Shown piece by piece: positions 54,097 to 63,554 of a DNA stretch of 64,000 nucleotides. The stretch covers positions 14,934-78,933 of the forward strand of contig JAFZRS010000008.1 of the NCBI GenBank assembly GCA_017619715.1, written 5' to 3'. Origin of the DNA: Oscillospiraceae bacterium (GTDB lineage: Bacteria; Bacillota; Clostridia; Oscillospirales; Oscillospiraceae). Position numbers and translations under genes: made by a program. Below the pieces are notes generated by a model. It was not told where the DNA came from. It did not search any database and saw only the letters and a list, made by a program, of their open reading frames with translations. Numbering within the stretch: position 1 is the stretch's first letter; every line of letters starts with the position of its first letter.

Positions 54097-55296
54097 CTAT
54101 CCGTTTCTGGGCGCGGGGATCTGGCGTGATACGCTTAACACAATCCCCATTTCCACCAACTGCAGCGCCAGCGCCGTGCCGCCATAGCTGAAAAACGGGA
54201 GAGAGATGCCGGTAGCAGGCACCAGTCCGCTGACCACGGCGATATTCAGAAACGTCTGCAACGCGATATGGGTCATGATCCCCACCACCAGCAGTGTGCC
54301 AAAACGGTCGCGGGCATGGAGAGCGATCCAGAACCCCCGGAGGATCAACAGCGCGAAGATCAACATAATGACGCACGCGCCAATGAGTCCCAGCTCCTCG
54401 CAGACAATAGCGAAAATACAGTCGTTATGCTCCTCCGGCAGATACAAAAACTTCTGACGGCTTTTGCCCAGTCCCACGCCTAAAAGTCCGCCGGAACCGA
54501 TGGCAATCAAGCTCTGCACCATCTGGTAGCCGTCCGCGCTGGCGTCCAGCCACGGGTTATGCCACATCTCAATTCGGCTGCGCCCGTAGGAGATGACGCC
54601 TGCCTCTACCAGCTTCACATAGAGAAATGCTGCAACGCTTACGCCGCCTACGCTCACACCGATCAGCCATCTTTGAATCCCGCCCACAATCATCATCACC
54701 ACACCGGTGCCTACGATCAGAATCGTGCCTGACAGGTGCGGTTCGAGCATCATGAGTATGGCGATAAGACCCAGAATGAAAAGATACGGCCAGATGCCTT
54801 CACGCCAGGTGAGCATTTTTGCCTTCTTTTTGGAGATGCTGTCTGCAAAAAAGAGGATGACGCCCAGCTTGGCAATCTCCGAAGGCTGGAAGGTAAACTT
54901 CCCGGGAATGCCCAGCCAGCGGGTGGCGTTGTTCACCGTGACGCCTACATGAGGTATGATAACCAAAAACAGTAAAAATATTGAAAAGCCCAACAGTACC
55001 AATGACGCGCCGCGCCAGCGCTGGTAGTTGATTTTTCCCACAACGAACATCGCCGCAATGCCCAATACCGCCCAGATCGCCTGACGTTTGAAATAGAACG
55101 CTCCGTCGCCGGATTCATAGTAGGCAGAGGGAAAGCTTGCCGAAAACAGCATTACAAGTCCGATCGCCGTTAAGAGCAGCGTCAGCAGTAAAAAAGGCAG
55201 ATCCATCTTGCCCTTCGCCGCCTCGTAGCTTTTGCGTTCCGTCTCCCTGGCGTGCCGGATACGTTCTTTTCTCTCATGGTACTCCTGTTTTGTCAT
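54097..55296 (-). CDS. ftsW: SEDS peptidoglycan glycosyltransferase FtsW/SpoVE
   Basis: NNATRW, FQPSEIAK, GYQMVQSLIAIGSGG, LPEEHND and LPFFSYGG. Confidence 0.93.
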   Translation of the reverse strand: MTKQEYHERKERIRHARETERKSYEAAKGKMDLPFLLLTLLLTAIGLVMLFSASFPSAYYESGDGAFYFKRQAIWAVLGIAAMFVVGKINYQRWRGASLVLLGFSIFLLFLVIIPHVGVTVNNATRWLGIPGKFTFQPSEIAKLGVILFFADSISKKKAKMLTWREGIWPYLFILGLIAILMMLEPHLSGTILIVGTGVVMMIVGGIQRWLIGVSVGGVSVAAFLYVKLVEAGVISYGRSRIEMWHNPWLDASADGYQMVQSLIAIGSGGLLGVGLGKSRQKFLYLPEEHNDCIFAIVCEELGLIGACVIMLIFALLILRGFWIALHARDRFGTLLVVGIMTHIALQTFLNIAVVSGLVPATGISLPFFSYGGTALALQLVEMGIVLSVSRQIPAPRNG

Positions 55297-55331
55297 GCTC
55301 TCCCTCCTTTCACCTTTCTATATCGCAACCC

Positions 55332-56321
55332 TCAAACACCGAAGCGATCCGCTACGCCAAAATATGCCAACACGCAAAACAGCACGCTGACCGCGGTAAA
55401 GACCGCCGCCACCTTCGTCTCTTTCCAGCCGCACATCTCAAAGTGATGGTGCAGCGGCGCCATTTTGAACACGCGCTTGCCGTGGGTAAGCTTAAAATAG
55501 ATGACTTGAATGATATCGCTCATGGTTTCGCACAAATAGACGATTCCCACCAATAGCAGAATCAGCGGCATATCGCAGGCAAAAGCCATGGCAGCCACCG
55601 CTCCGCCTAAAAAGAGCGAACCCGTATCGCCCATAAACACCTTGGCGGGATAGTGATTATAGAGCAGGAAGCCCAACAGTCCACCTGCCAGCGCGCCGGC
55701 AAAAATGCCCACCTGTGCATAGCCGGCCCAGACGCCGCCGATCACGGCAAAAAAGGCGGCGACCGGCACCGTTACGGAGCTGCACAGTCCGTCCACGCCG
55801 TCGGTGATATTGACCGCGTTAACCGTACCTACGATCACAAACGCCGCAAAAATCAGATATACCACCCAGTTGCAGGTGATCTTTGTCTGTAAAAACGGCA
55901 CATAGATATCCGGGCTCAACGCGCCTTCATAGCGCATCAAACTCAAAAACGCCACGGCGGCCGCCAGCTGCAACACAAACTTTTGCAGACTCGTCAAGCC
56001 GGTATTGCGGTGGTGCTTGACCTTCTGATAGTCGTCTACATACCCGATCATGCCGAATACCAGAGCGAACAGGTACACGTAGATATGGGTAAAGCTGCCC
56101 TCCAGCATGCCTTTCCAGCCGAGAATCAATATGGCAACGCCAATGCCGATGATGAACATCAGTCCGCCCATGGTGGGTGTGCCCTGCTTGCTCTTGTGCC
56201 AGGTGGGTCCGATCTCCTTGATGCTCTGTCCCGCTTTGAGCTGGATCAGCAGAGGGATCAACAATTTCCCCGCCACGGTTGTCACCGCAAAGCTCACCAG
56301 CAGTGCCAGTAAAATCCTCAT
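55332..56321 (-). CDS. mraY: Phospho-MurNAc-pentapeptide transferase
   Basis: KQGTPTMGG, GYVDD, NAVNITDGVDGL, VFMGDTGS and MAPLHHHFE. Confidence 0.96.
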   Translation of the reverse strand: MRILLALLVSFAVTTVAGKLLIPLLIQLKAGQSIKEIGPTWHKSKQGTPTMGGLMFIIGIGVAILILGWKGMLEGSFTHIYVYLFALVFGMIGYVDDYQKVKHHRNTGLTSLQKFVLQLAAAVAFLSLMRYEGALSPDIYVPFLQTKITCNWVVYLIFAAFVIVGTVNAVNITDGVDGLCSSVTVPVAAFFAVIGGVWAGYAQVGIFAGALAGGLLGFLLYNHYPAKVFMGDTGSLFLGGAVAAMAFACDMPLILLLVGIVYLCETMSDIIQVIYFKLTHGKRVFKMAPLHHHFEMCGWKETKVAAVFTAVSVLFCVLAYFGVADRFGV

Positions 56322-56364
56322 GCTATCTCTCCTTTCGCTCCGCTCGGGAGCGCTGTTTCTGTTG

Positions 56365-57804
56365 TTACTTCTCCCGGAAATACGCCGCCACGATCTCCCG
56401 CTCATCTAAGTGGCGCTTCTCGTGCCCGACCTCCTGATACGTCTCATGTCCCTTGCCGCACAGCACGATCACGTCGCCCGAACGCGCCGTGTCCAGCGCC
56501 CAATAAATCGCCTCCGTCCGGTCGGGTATAACCGCATAGGCACCGCTGTCCATGCCGGCGAGAATATCGTCAATGATTTTCTCCGGCTCCTCCGTACGGG
56601 GATTATCCGTGGTGACAACGGAAAAATCCGCCAGGCGCGCCGCAATGGCGCCCATCTGCGGCCGCTTGGCACGATCCCGGTCGCCGCCGCAGCCAAACAG
56701 CGCCACCGTACGTCCGGCGGCAAAGCCTTTCGCCGCTGTCAGCACATTTTCAAGCGCGTCGGGCGTGTGTGCATAATCAATGAGGACCGTATAGTCCCGA
56801 CCGGGTGTGGGCACTACCTCCATGCGGCCCTTGACGCCGCCGCAGCGCCGCAGCGCCGCAGCACAGTCCGCCGCCGAAATACCCAAACGCATACAGCTCG
56901 CCATGGCGCCCAGCGTATTATATACCGTAAACGCGCCGGGAATGCCTGTTTCCACCGAAACACTGCCGCCTATCGTCTGCGCCCGATAGGATACGCCGTC
57001 CGAATGCAGGCAGATTTCCCGCGCACGCAGATCCGCCGGAGCGTTCACCCCATAGGAAAAACGGCGGCAAATACTGCGGCGTAAAAGCCGTTCGTGCCAG
57101 GGATCGTCTGCATTATACACGGCTTCGCCACAGTTTTCAAACAGTACAGCCTTGGCATCGCAATAACGCTCCATGGTCTGATGGAAATCCAGATGATCCT
57201 GCGTAAGATTGGTAAACAGCGCCACGGCAAACCGAAGCCCCCACACCCGTTCCAGCGCCAGCGCGTGGCTGGATACCTCCATCACCGCGTGGGTACAGCC
57301 CGCGTCCGCCATGGAACGCAGCAATCTGTGCAGTTCCAGCGCGTCCGGCGTGGTGCGCTGTGCCGGCAGCGTCCGATCGCCGATCATGTTCCGGATCGTC
57401 CCTACCAGCCCCACCTTGGCGCCGATTGTCTGCTCGAGGATCTGCTTAATGAGGTAAGTAGAGGTGGTTTTCCCGTTGGTACCCGTGACGCCGATAAGCG
57501 TCATGCCGCGATCCGGATGATCAAACCGGTTGGCGCTGATTGCCGCCAGCGCACGCCGGGCAGACGGTACAATCACGCAGGGTATATGGCTCTCGCTCTC
57601 CTGCTCGCACACGGCGCATACGGCGCCGTGCCGGGCAGCGTCAGCAATAAAACGTCCGCCGTCCTCCTCCTCGCCGGGAATGGCAACGAACAGCTCACCC
57701 GGCTGTACCGTGCGGGAATCGCAGGACACGCCTGTGATCTCTGTCTCACCATCCGCCCGAAGTCCGGACACTTCCACGTCCCGGAGCAGCTTATGCAGTT
57801 TCAT
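56365..57804 (-). CDS. murE: UDP-MurNAc-tripeptide synthetase (meso-DAP type)
   Basis: GVTGTNGKTT, TTPD, MEVSSH, NLTQDHLD, DYAHTPD and DNPR (DAP-specific). Confidence 0.96.
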   Translation of the reverse strand: MKLHKLLRDVEVSGLRADGETEITGVSCDSRTVQPGELFVAIPGEEEDGGRFIADAARHGAVCAVCEQESESHIPCVIVPSARRALAAISANRFDHPDRGMTLIGVTGTNGKTTSTYLIKQILEQTIGAKVGLVGTIRNMIGDRTLPAQRTTPDALELHRLLRSMADAGCTHAVMEVSSHALALERVWGLRFAVALFTNLTQDHLDFHQTMERYCDAKAVLFENCGEAVYNADDPWHERLLRRSICRRFSYGVNAPADLRAREICLHSDGVSYRAQTIGGSVSVETGIPGAFTVYNTLGAMASCMRLGISAADCAAALRRCGGVKGRMEVVPTPGRDYTVLIDYAHTPDALENVLTAAKGFAAGRTVALFGCGGDRDRAKRPQMGAIAARLADFSVVTTDNPRTEEPEKIIDDILAGMDSGAYAVIPDRTEAIYWALDTARSGDVIVLCGKGHETYQEVGHEKRHLDEREIVAAYFREK

Positions 57805-57871
57805 ACACTTCTCTCCCCACAGATCAAATCGCCTGACGCGGCAAATAATCCTATGTAGAGAGACGGTTTTT

Positions 57872-60118
57872 TTAGTCTTGTACGGTGTTGTCGCCCAACT
57901 GTACCGTGATAACCGTACCTGCCGGCACCTGATTGCCGGGGCTCTCCGACTGGTTCATGACCCGTATGGCGTCTCCGCTGCTGCTCGTTGCGCCGGCAAA
58001 ACGGATCAGCAAGCCCGCATTGGTCGCCACCGTATTTGCCTCGGCAGGCGTACAGCCCACCAACTGCGGTACGGTGCAAAGGGTATCCGGCTTCTGGGCG
58101 TCGGCGTACAGCACCACAATAGATTTACCGGGAATAATCGCGCCGCCCACGGGCGTCTGGTCGGTAACGGTATCGCCCTCGCCCACCACGCGGGTGCTCA
58201 AGCCGCGCTCACCGAGCCGTTGCTTGCCCTCTGTGACGCTCATGCCCACCACATTGGGAACGGTGGTATCCGCGCCCAGCAGTTCCTCGGCGGAATAGGA
58301 CGGCTCTATGCCCAGATACGGCAGCACCTCCGACATGATCTGACTGCTGATGGGTGCTACCATGTTGCCGCCGGAGGGATACGTTCCGCAGGTACGGCTG
58401 GGGGTATCCAGCGTGATAAGCATGACGATCTCCGGATCGTCCGCCGGTGCAAAGGACAGGAAGGATACGATCAGATCGCCTGTCTGCCCTTTATCCGCCG
58501 TACCGGTCTTGCCGCCGATACGGTAGCCTGCCACTTGACCGTTGCGTCCCGTGCCTTCCGCCACCACGTATTCCAGACACTCACGCACCTTGGCGCTGGT
58601 CGCCTCGCTGACCACTTGACGCACCGGCGTGCTGTCGTGCTGCCAGACCACGTTGCCGTCCCCGTCCAGCATCTGTTCTACCAGATAGGGGCTGTACAGA
58701 TACCCGCCGTTGACGCATGCCGCCTGTGCCGCCACCAGAGACAAAGGCGTTACGTTGAAGTTCTGACCGAAGGCGTAACACGCCAGATCCAGTTGGGTAA
58801 AGTTCTCCTCAGGCTTGAAAATGCTGGACGCTTCGCCGCCCAGATCCACACCGGTGGAGGACATCAGCCCGAAGGAACGCATATACTGATAGAACTTTTC
58901 CGTACCAAGACGCAGTCCGTAGGTGATAAAAGCCGGGTTGCAGGAGTGCGCCGCCGTCTCCTTCAGCGTCTGCAGTCCGTGATGACCCGTGCAGTGAATG
59001 GTGGCGCCGGAGAGAGATATAGAACCGGTGCAGGTGTAGGTGGTGTTCATGTCGATAACACCCTCCTCCAGCGCCGCCGCCATGGTCAGCGGCTTGAACG
59101 TGGAGCCTGGCTCATACGTCTCGTTGAGGGATTTGTTCCACCACTGGCGCATCTGCATCTCCCCCAGCGTGGCAGTGCCGGCGTCAATCGCCGACTGCAT
59201 ATCGGGATCCTGTATGGCGGCAAAGTGGTTCAGATCGTAATTGGGATAGGACGCCATGCCCAATATGGCGCCTGTTTTGGCGTTGAGAATAATGCCTTGT
59301 CCGCCCAGGGGCGAATCGTATTTGTTGACAATTTCCTCAATGCCTTTTTCCAGATAGTACTGGATCTTGCTGTCGATGGTGAGCACCAGATCATAGCCGT
59401 CCCGAGCGTCAAAATACTGCTCATATTCATAGAGCAAATCGTTGCCTTTATTGTCCTTGGCGGTGATGACCAGTCCGGTCTGACCCTCCAGCTCCTCCTC
59501 GTAGCGTGCTTCCAGACCGTACAGACCCGTATTATCATCTCCCACAAAACCGATGATGTGAGATGCCAGAGTGCTGTACGGATAGTAGCGCTTGGCGTCT
59601 GTCACCAGATAGACGCCGCGGATCTTATTATCATTGATATACCGGCGAACCTCGTTTGCCACGTCCTCGTCCGCCCGGAGTTTGATGACCTCATACTGAG
59701 AATAGGTGCGTTCCATACGCTGGCGGATATTTTCCTCGTTCGCATCGAGAATCCGCGCCAGATCCGCCGCCACGGAATCCTTTGTCCAACTGACCGGGTT
59801 TTGGGCATCGTTCACGGCATCGTTGATCTCCTTGGGAGACAAAAACACCGTCTCTGCCGTGGCGGAGATGGCGAGAACATTGCCGCTGCGGTCATAAATT
59901 GTGCCGCGGGAGGCGGATACCACCGTACTGCGGGTCTGCTGATTCACCGCCAGACGCTGCAGCTCTTCGTGGCGGTTGATCTGCAGCTGATAGAGCTTCA
60001 TAAACAGCAAAAGAAAGATGCCAATGCCCAAAATAAGCATCAAAACAAACGTCCGACTCTGGATCACCCGGTTGGCACGGCGCACTTCTTCACTTTTCCG
60101 ATTGACGCTATGATCCAC
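57872..60118 (-). CDS. Class B penicillin-binding protein with two PASTA domains (FtsI/SpoVD-like)
   Basis: N-terminal TM helix, RGTIYDR, EPGSTFK (SxxK), SCN and KTGT; two C-terminal VP.vVG PASTA repeats. Confidence 0.93.
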   Translation of the reverse strand: MDHSVNRKSEEVRRANRVIQSRTFVLMLILGIGIFLLLFMKLYQLQINRHEELQRLAVNQQTRSTVVSASRGTIYDRSGNVLAISATAETVFLSPKEINDAVNDAQNPVSWTKDSVAADLARILDANEENIRQRMERTYSQYEVIKLRADEDVANEVRRYINDNKIRGVYLVTDAKRYYPYSTLASHIIGFVGDDNTGLYGLEARYEEELEGQTGLVITAKDNKGNDLLYEYEQYFDARDGYDLVLTIDSKIQYYLEKGIEEIVNKYDSPLGGQGIILNAKTGAILGMASYPNYDLNHFAAIQDPDMQSAIDAGTATLGEMQMRQWWNKSLNETYEPGSTFKPLTMAAALEEGVIDMNTTYTCTGSISLSGATIHCTGHHGLQTLKETAAHSCNPAFITYGLRLGTEKFYQYMRSFGLMSSTGVDLGGEASSIFKPEENFTQLDLACYAFGQNFNVTPLSLVAAQAACVNGGYLYSPYLVEQMLDGDGNVVWQHDSTPVRQVVSEATSAKVRECLEYVVAEGTGRNGQVAGYRIGGKTGTADKGQTGDLIVSFLSFAPADDPEIVMLITLDTPSRTCGTYPSGGNMVAPISSQIMSEVLPYLGIEPSYSAEELLGADTTVPNVVGMSVTEGKQRLGERGLSTRVVGEGDTVTDQTPVGGAIIPGKSIVVLYADAQKPDTLCTVPQLVGCTPAEANTVATNAGLLIRFAGATSSSGDAIRVMNQSESPGNQVPAGTVITVQLGDNTVQD

Positions 60119-60249
60119 CTTTCGCTCCTTTCAGCGGCTTTTCGCCGCTCCGCGCGTGCTCTCTGTATACCAACGAAGGAGCAAGAAGTCCCCTTCTTAC
60201 TCCCCTCGTTATGCCGCGCCAAACACTTGCTTACACTATATGGCGAGCC

Positions 60250-60792
60250 TTACCGGAAATATTCCACCAGTGCCGAAAAGCCGCGCACTACGCTGTCCGC
60301 TAAGTCGCCCAACAAACCTCCGGCGCCGGCTTGATAGACCACCGCCGTATCCATGCCGCCCAGGTCGATATACTCAATCTGTGCACTGGTGGGTTTGCTC
60401 ATACCAGCCGCCTCCGCCGCCGCTTTGACGGTCTCCAGATCGAAGGTCTGCTCGTATTTCGTCAAAAGGGAAACATGCTCATCGTCCAGCGCCGCCAGAT
60501 CCTTTTTCAACTGCGATACGTTGGCGGAGATGGCCGTCATCTGCACGTAGTTTCCCAGCAACAATATCACCATCGCCGCCAATACCGCCGCGGCCAACAC
60601 CAACACGGGCGAGAATGCCGTACGCGGCCGGGGCGCCGCAACCGCGCGGCGCTGGGGCTGCGGCTGTACCCGCCGTTCCCGCTCCGCCATTTTGCCGGCT
60701 TCGTCCAGATTCCGCTCCCGAACCAGTGCGTCCAGATCATACGCAAGGTTACCATATACGGTTGTGCCGGGACGCCTGCGCTGATCCGCCAT
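60250..60792 (-). CDS. FtsL-like cell division protein
   Basis: YGNLAYD N-terminus, single TM helix, coiled coil, AGMSKP; sits between rsmH and the PBP. Confidence 0.7.
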   Translation of the reverse strand: MADQRRRPGTTVYGNLAYDLDALVRERNLDEAGKMAERERRVQPQPQRRAVAAPRPRTAFSPVLVLAAAVLAAMVILLLGNYVQMTAISANVSQLKKDLAALDDEHVSLLTKYEQTFDLETVKAAAEAAGMSKPTSAQIEYIDLGGMDTAVVYQAGAGGLLGDLADSVVRGFSALVEYFR

Positions 60793-60807
60793 GGTGATTT
60801 CCTCCCT

Positions 60808-61779
60808 TTACAGCTTCTCCGCCACACGCAGCTTCGCGCTGCGACTGCGGGGATTATACGCCAGTTCCGCCTCGCCGGCTGTGACCGGCTTGCGGGTGAT
60901 CATCTTCATAATCGGCTTTCTGCCGCACACGCAGACCGGAAACTCCGGCGGGCAGATACAGCCTGTTGCCCATTCCTGCATGGTCCTTTTCACGATCCGG
61001 TCTTCCAACGAGTGGAAGGAGATCACAGCCAAACGCCCGCCCGCTTTCAAGCGATCCGCCGCCGCGCCCAGCACACTCTCCAATGCCTCCAGCTCACCGT
61101 TGACCGCAATGCGGATCGCCTGGAAACTGCGCTTCGCCGGGTGCTGTTTTTCCCGCAGCGCCTTGGCGGGCATGGCGTCTCGAATGAGCTCCGCCAGCTC
61201 CTGCGTGGTTTCCACAGGCCGCTTTTCCCGAGCGCGGCAGATCGCCGCGGCGATGGCAGGCGCGTAGCGCTCTTCGCCATAGACAAATAAAATCCTGCGC
61301 AGTTCCTCATACGGCCAGGTGTTGACCACCTCCCGGGCGGTCAGCGGCGCCGCGCGATCCATTCGCATATCCAGCGGCGCGTCGTTTTTATAGGAAAAAC
61401 CTCTTTGAGCATCATCGAGCTGTGGGGAGGAGACGCCCAAATCAAAGAGCATTCCGTCCACCGCGCTGATTCGCAGCTCGTCCAATATCTCGCCGATCCG
61501 GTCAAAATTGCTATGCACCAGCGTGACACGGTCGGCGTAGTCCGCCAGACGCACCCGGGCGGCGCAAATCGCGCTCTCGTCCCGGTCGATACCGATCAGC
61601 CGTCCGCCGTCCAGACGCCGGACGATTTCCAACGAGTGACCGGCTCTGCCCATCGTGGCGTCCACGTAGACGCCGTTGGGACGAATCGCCAGTGCATCCA
61701 GACAAGCCTCCAGCAGCACCGGCTTGTGTCCATACGCCACGTCCTCCGCCGCGTTGGAGCAAAACGCCTGTTCCTCCAC
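60808..61779 (-). CDS. rsmH: 16S rRNA m4C1402 methyltransferase
   Basis: HKPVLL, DATMGRAGHS, DLGVSSPQLD, LDMRM, FQAIRIAVN, SFHSLEDR and NPRSRSAKLR; exact start uncertain. Confidence 0.96.
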   Translation of the reverse strand: MEEQAFCSNAAEDVAYGHKPVLLEACLDALAIRPNGVYVDATMGRAGHSLEIVRRLDGGRLIGIDRDESAICAARVRLADYADRVTLVHSNFDRIGEILDELRISAVDGMLFDLGVSSPQLDDAQRGFSYKNDAPLDMRMDRAAPLTAREVVNTWPYEELRRILFVYGEERYAPAIAAAICRAREKRPVETTQELAELIRDAMPAKALREKQHPAKRSFQAIRIAVNGELEALESVLGAAADRLKAGGRLAVISFHSLEDRIVKRTMQEWATGCICPPEFPVCVCGRKPIMKMITRKPVTAGEAELAYNPRSRSAKLRVAEKL

Positions 61780-61782
61780 GGC

Positions 61783-62199
61783 TTATAGACCCATCTCTTC
61801 CATGGCGGACGCCAACTCTCCGCTGGAGAATGCCCGGTCCTCCATCGCCGCCCAACGCTGCGCGTTCCATATCTCTACACGGCCGAAACTGCCGTTGACG
61901 ATGACTTCTTTCTCCAACTGTGCATATTGCCGCAGCTTGGCGGGGATCAAAATGCGCCCCTGCGCGTCCGGCTCGCAGTCCGCCGCGTTGGCAAAGGCGG
62001 CGCGCAACGCCTTGACCTCGCTGTACGACTTTTCCTTCAGCTTCTCCATGATGGCATTCCAATCATCATCTGAATAGACGGACAGGCACTGATCCTGCCC
62101 CACCATCACGTGGAACGTCTTACCCAGTTCCTCCCGGAGCTTCGCCGGAATAAACAGGCGTCCCTTGGCGTCGATATTGTGTGCGTATTGACCGGTCAC
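61783..62199 (-). CDS. mraZ: Division/cell-wall cluster repressor MraZ
   Basis: IDAKGRLFIPAKLR and DAQGRILIP duplicated motifs, VEIW; GTG start 5 nt after GGAGGTGA. Confidence 0.93.
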   Translation of the reverse strand: MTGQYAHNIDAKGRLFIPAKLREELGKTFHVMVGQDQCLSVYSDDDWNAIMEKLKEKSYSEVKALRAAFANAADCEPDAQGRILIPAKLRQYAQLEKEVIVNGSFGRVEIWNAQRWAAMEDRAFSSGELASAMEEMGL

Positions 62200-62267
62200 G
62201 CCTGTCACCTCCCTTGCGACCGCTTCGCAAAACCGTGGGCTGACGCCCCATAATTACGGTAGAAAAT

Positions 62268-62283
62268 CACCACTTTGCTCCAC
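62268..62283 (-). promoter_or_regulatory. MraZ-binding direct repeats
   Basis: GTGGAG-N4-GTGGTG (10-nt period) just downstream of the mraZ -10. Confidence 0.7.
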
Positions 62284-62294
62284 CGGGTGTTTTG

Positions 62295-62323
62295 AGTATA
62301 CATAATATTTGCGGCAAATGCAA
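62295..62323 (-). promoter_or_regulatory. SigA-type promoter of the dcw cluster
   Basis: TTGCAT-17 nt-TATACT on the minus strand. Confidence 0.75.
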
Positions 62324-62425
62324 GAAGTTTTTTTCAGATATCGGCGACTTTTTTGTTGTTTTTTTCCCATATTCCGACCTCTTTTTTTGCTTTTTTTGAA
62401 ACACATGTTTCATAGTACGACAAAA

Positions 62426-62463
62426 AAGGACAGCAAACACTATATATAGTGTTTGCTGTCCTT
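62426..62463 (-). terminator. Intrinsic terminator after the rsmD-coaD operon
   Basis: AAGGACAGCAAACACTA-TATA-TAGTGTTTGCTGTCCTT, perfect 17-bp stem with T run on the minus strand; a second GC hairpin lies at 62486-62515. Confidence 0.8.
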
Positions 62464-62559
62464 CAACGACCACAATATATGACAACGCAGGCGCGTCCTG
62501 CGGGGCGCGCCTGCGGCACTGTCATTTTATACAAAAATTACAGTGAAATTTCGGCAATT

Positions 62560-63072
62560 TTATTCCTCGCCGGTGTCCTCCTCCAGCTGCTCACGCTGCT
62601 GCTGCATTTTCTCGGCGGAGGCGGTGCGGAAACGGGCGCGGGACTCCTTTACCTCGTCCAGCGCCATCTGGATTGCCTCCTCGGTGCGGCGCAGCGCGTC
62701 CTCGGTATAGGCGTTGGCGGCGTGATACAGCTCACGGCTGCGCTCCTCGGCGCGGTGGATAACTTCACTGCTCTTTTGGCGTGCCTGCTGCAAAATCTCG
62801 CTTTCGGAGACAATATTCTTGGCGTCCAGTTCCGCCTGACGGAGCATCTTCTCCGCCTCCTTCTTGGCGGCGGCAACGTATTCCTCTCTGGCACGGATCA
62901 GTTCCTGCGCCTTCTTTACCTCCAGAGGCAGCTTGCCGCGGATCTCGTCCAACAGATCCAGCGCCTCCTCGCGATTGATCACGCATTTATCGGAGCTGAA
63001 CGCGGCGCTCTTCGCCTCGTCCACCATTCCGTATAGCATATCCAGCAAGCGCTGTACATCTTTCTCCGCCAT
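62560..63072 (-). CDS. Conserved coiled-coil protein downstream of coaD (DivIVA / ATPase-stalk-like; function uncertain)
   Basis: LLD.L..MVDEAK...LP.EVKKAQ heptad-rich sequence; start at MAEKDV just after the coaD stop. Confidence 0.7.
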   Translation of the reverse strand: MAEKDVQRLLDMLYGMVDEAKSAAFSSDKCVINREEALDLLDEIRGKLPLEVKKAQELIRAREEYVAAAKKEAEKMLRQAELDAKNIVSESEILQQARQKSSEVIHRAEERSRELYHAANAYTEDALRRTEEAIQMALDEVKESRARFRTASAEKMQQQREQLEEDTGEE

Positions 63073-63074
63073 TG

Positions 63075-63554
63075 TTAAGACCATCCCTTTCTCTTCATTT
63101 CTGCCGCCACCGGCAATGGAACGTACCGTTCCATCGGCTGAGCGTAGCGGATCATTTCCCGTACCATGGTACTGCTGAAATGGCGATATGAGGCGCCGGC
63201 AGGCAGCAGCAGCGTCTCTAATTCCGGCCACAATCCGCGATTGATCGCCGCCATCTGGGATTCCGAATCGAAATCCGTGGCGTTGCGCACGCCCTTGATA
63301 AGCACGCGCACGCCTTTGTCTCTGGCATAGTCCGCCAACAGACCGGAGCAGGATTCCACCTGCACATTGTCCAGTTCCGCCACGGACGCACGGATCAGCG
63401 CCACGCGCTCTTCCATGGTGAACAGAGGACTTTTCTCACAGTTGACCATCACGCACACGTATACCGTGTCGAAAAGCGCCGCGGCGCGCCGGATAATATC
63501 CAGATGTCCCAGCGTGATGGGGTCAAAACTGCCGGGATAGATGGCACTGCTCAT
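63075..63554 (-). CDS. coaD: Phosphopantetheine adenylyltransferase
   Basis: YPGSFDPITLGHLDII, KGVRNATDF and FSSTMVRE. Confidence 0.96.
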   Translation of the reverse strand: MSSAIYPGSFDPITLGHLDIIRRAAALFDTVYVCVMVNCEKSPLFTMEERVALIRASVAELDNVQVESCSGLLADYARDKGVRVLIKGVRNATDFDSESQMAAINRGLWPELETLLLPAGASYRHFSSTMVREMIRYAQPMERYVPLPVAAEMKRKGWS

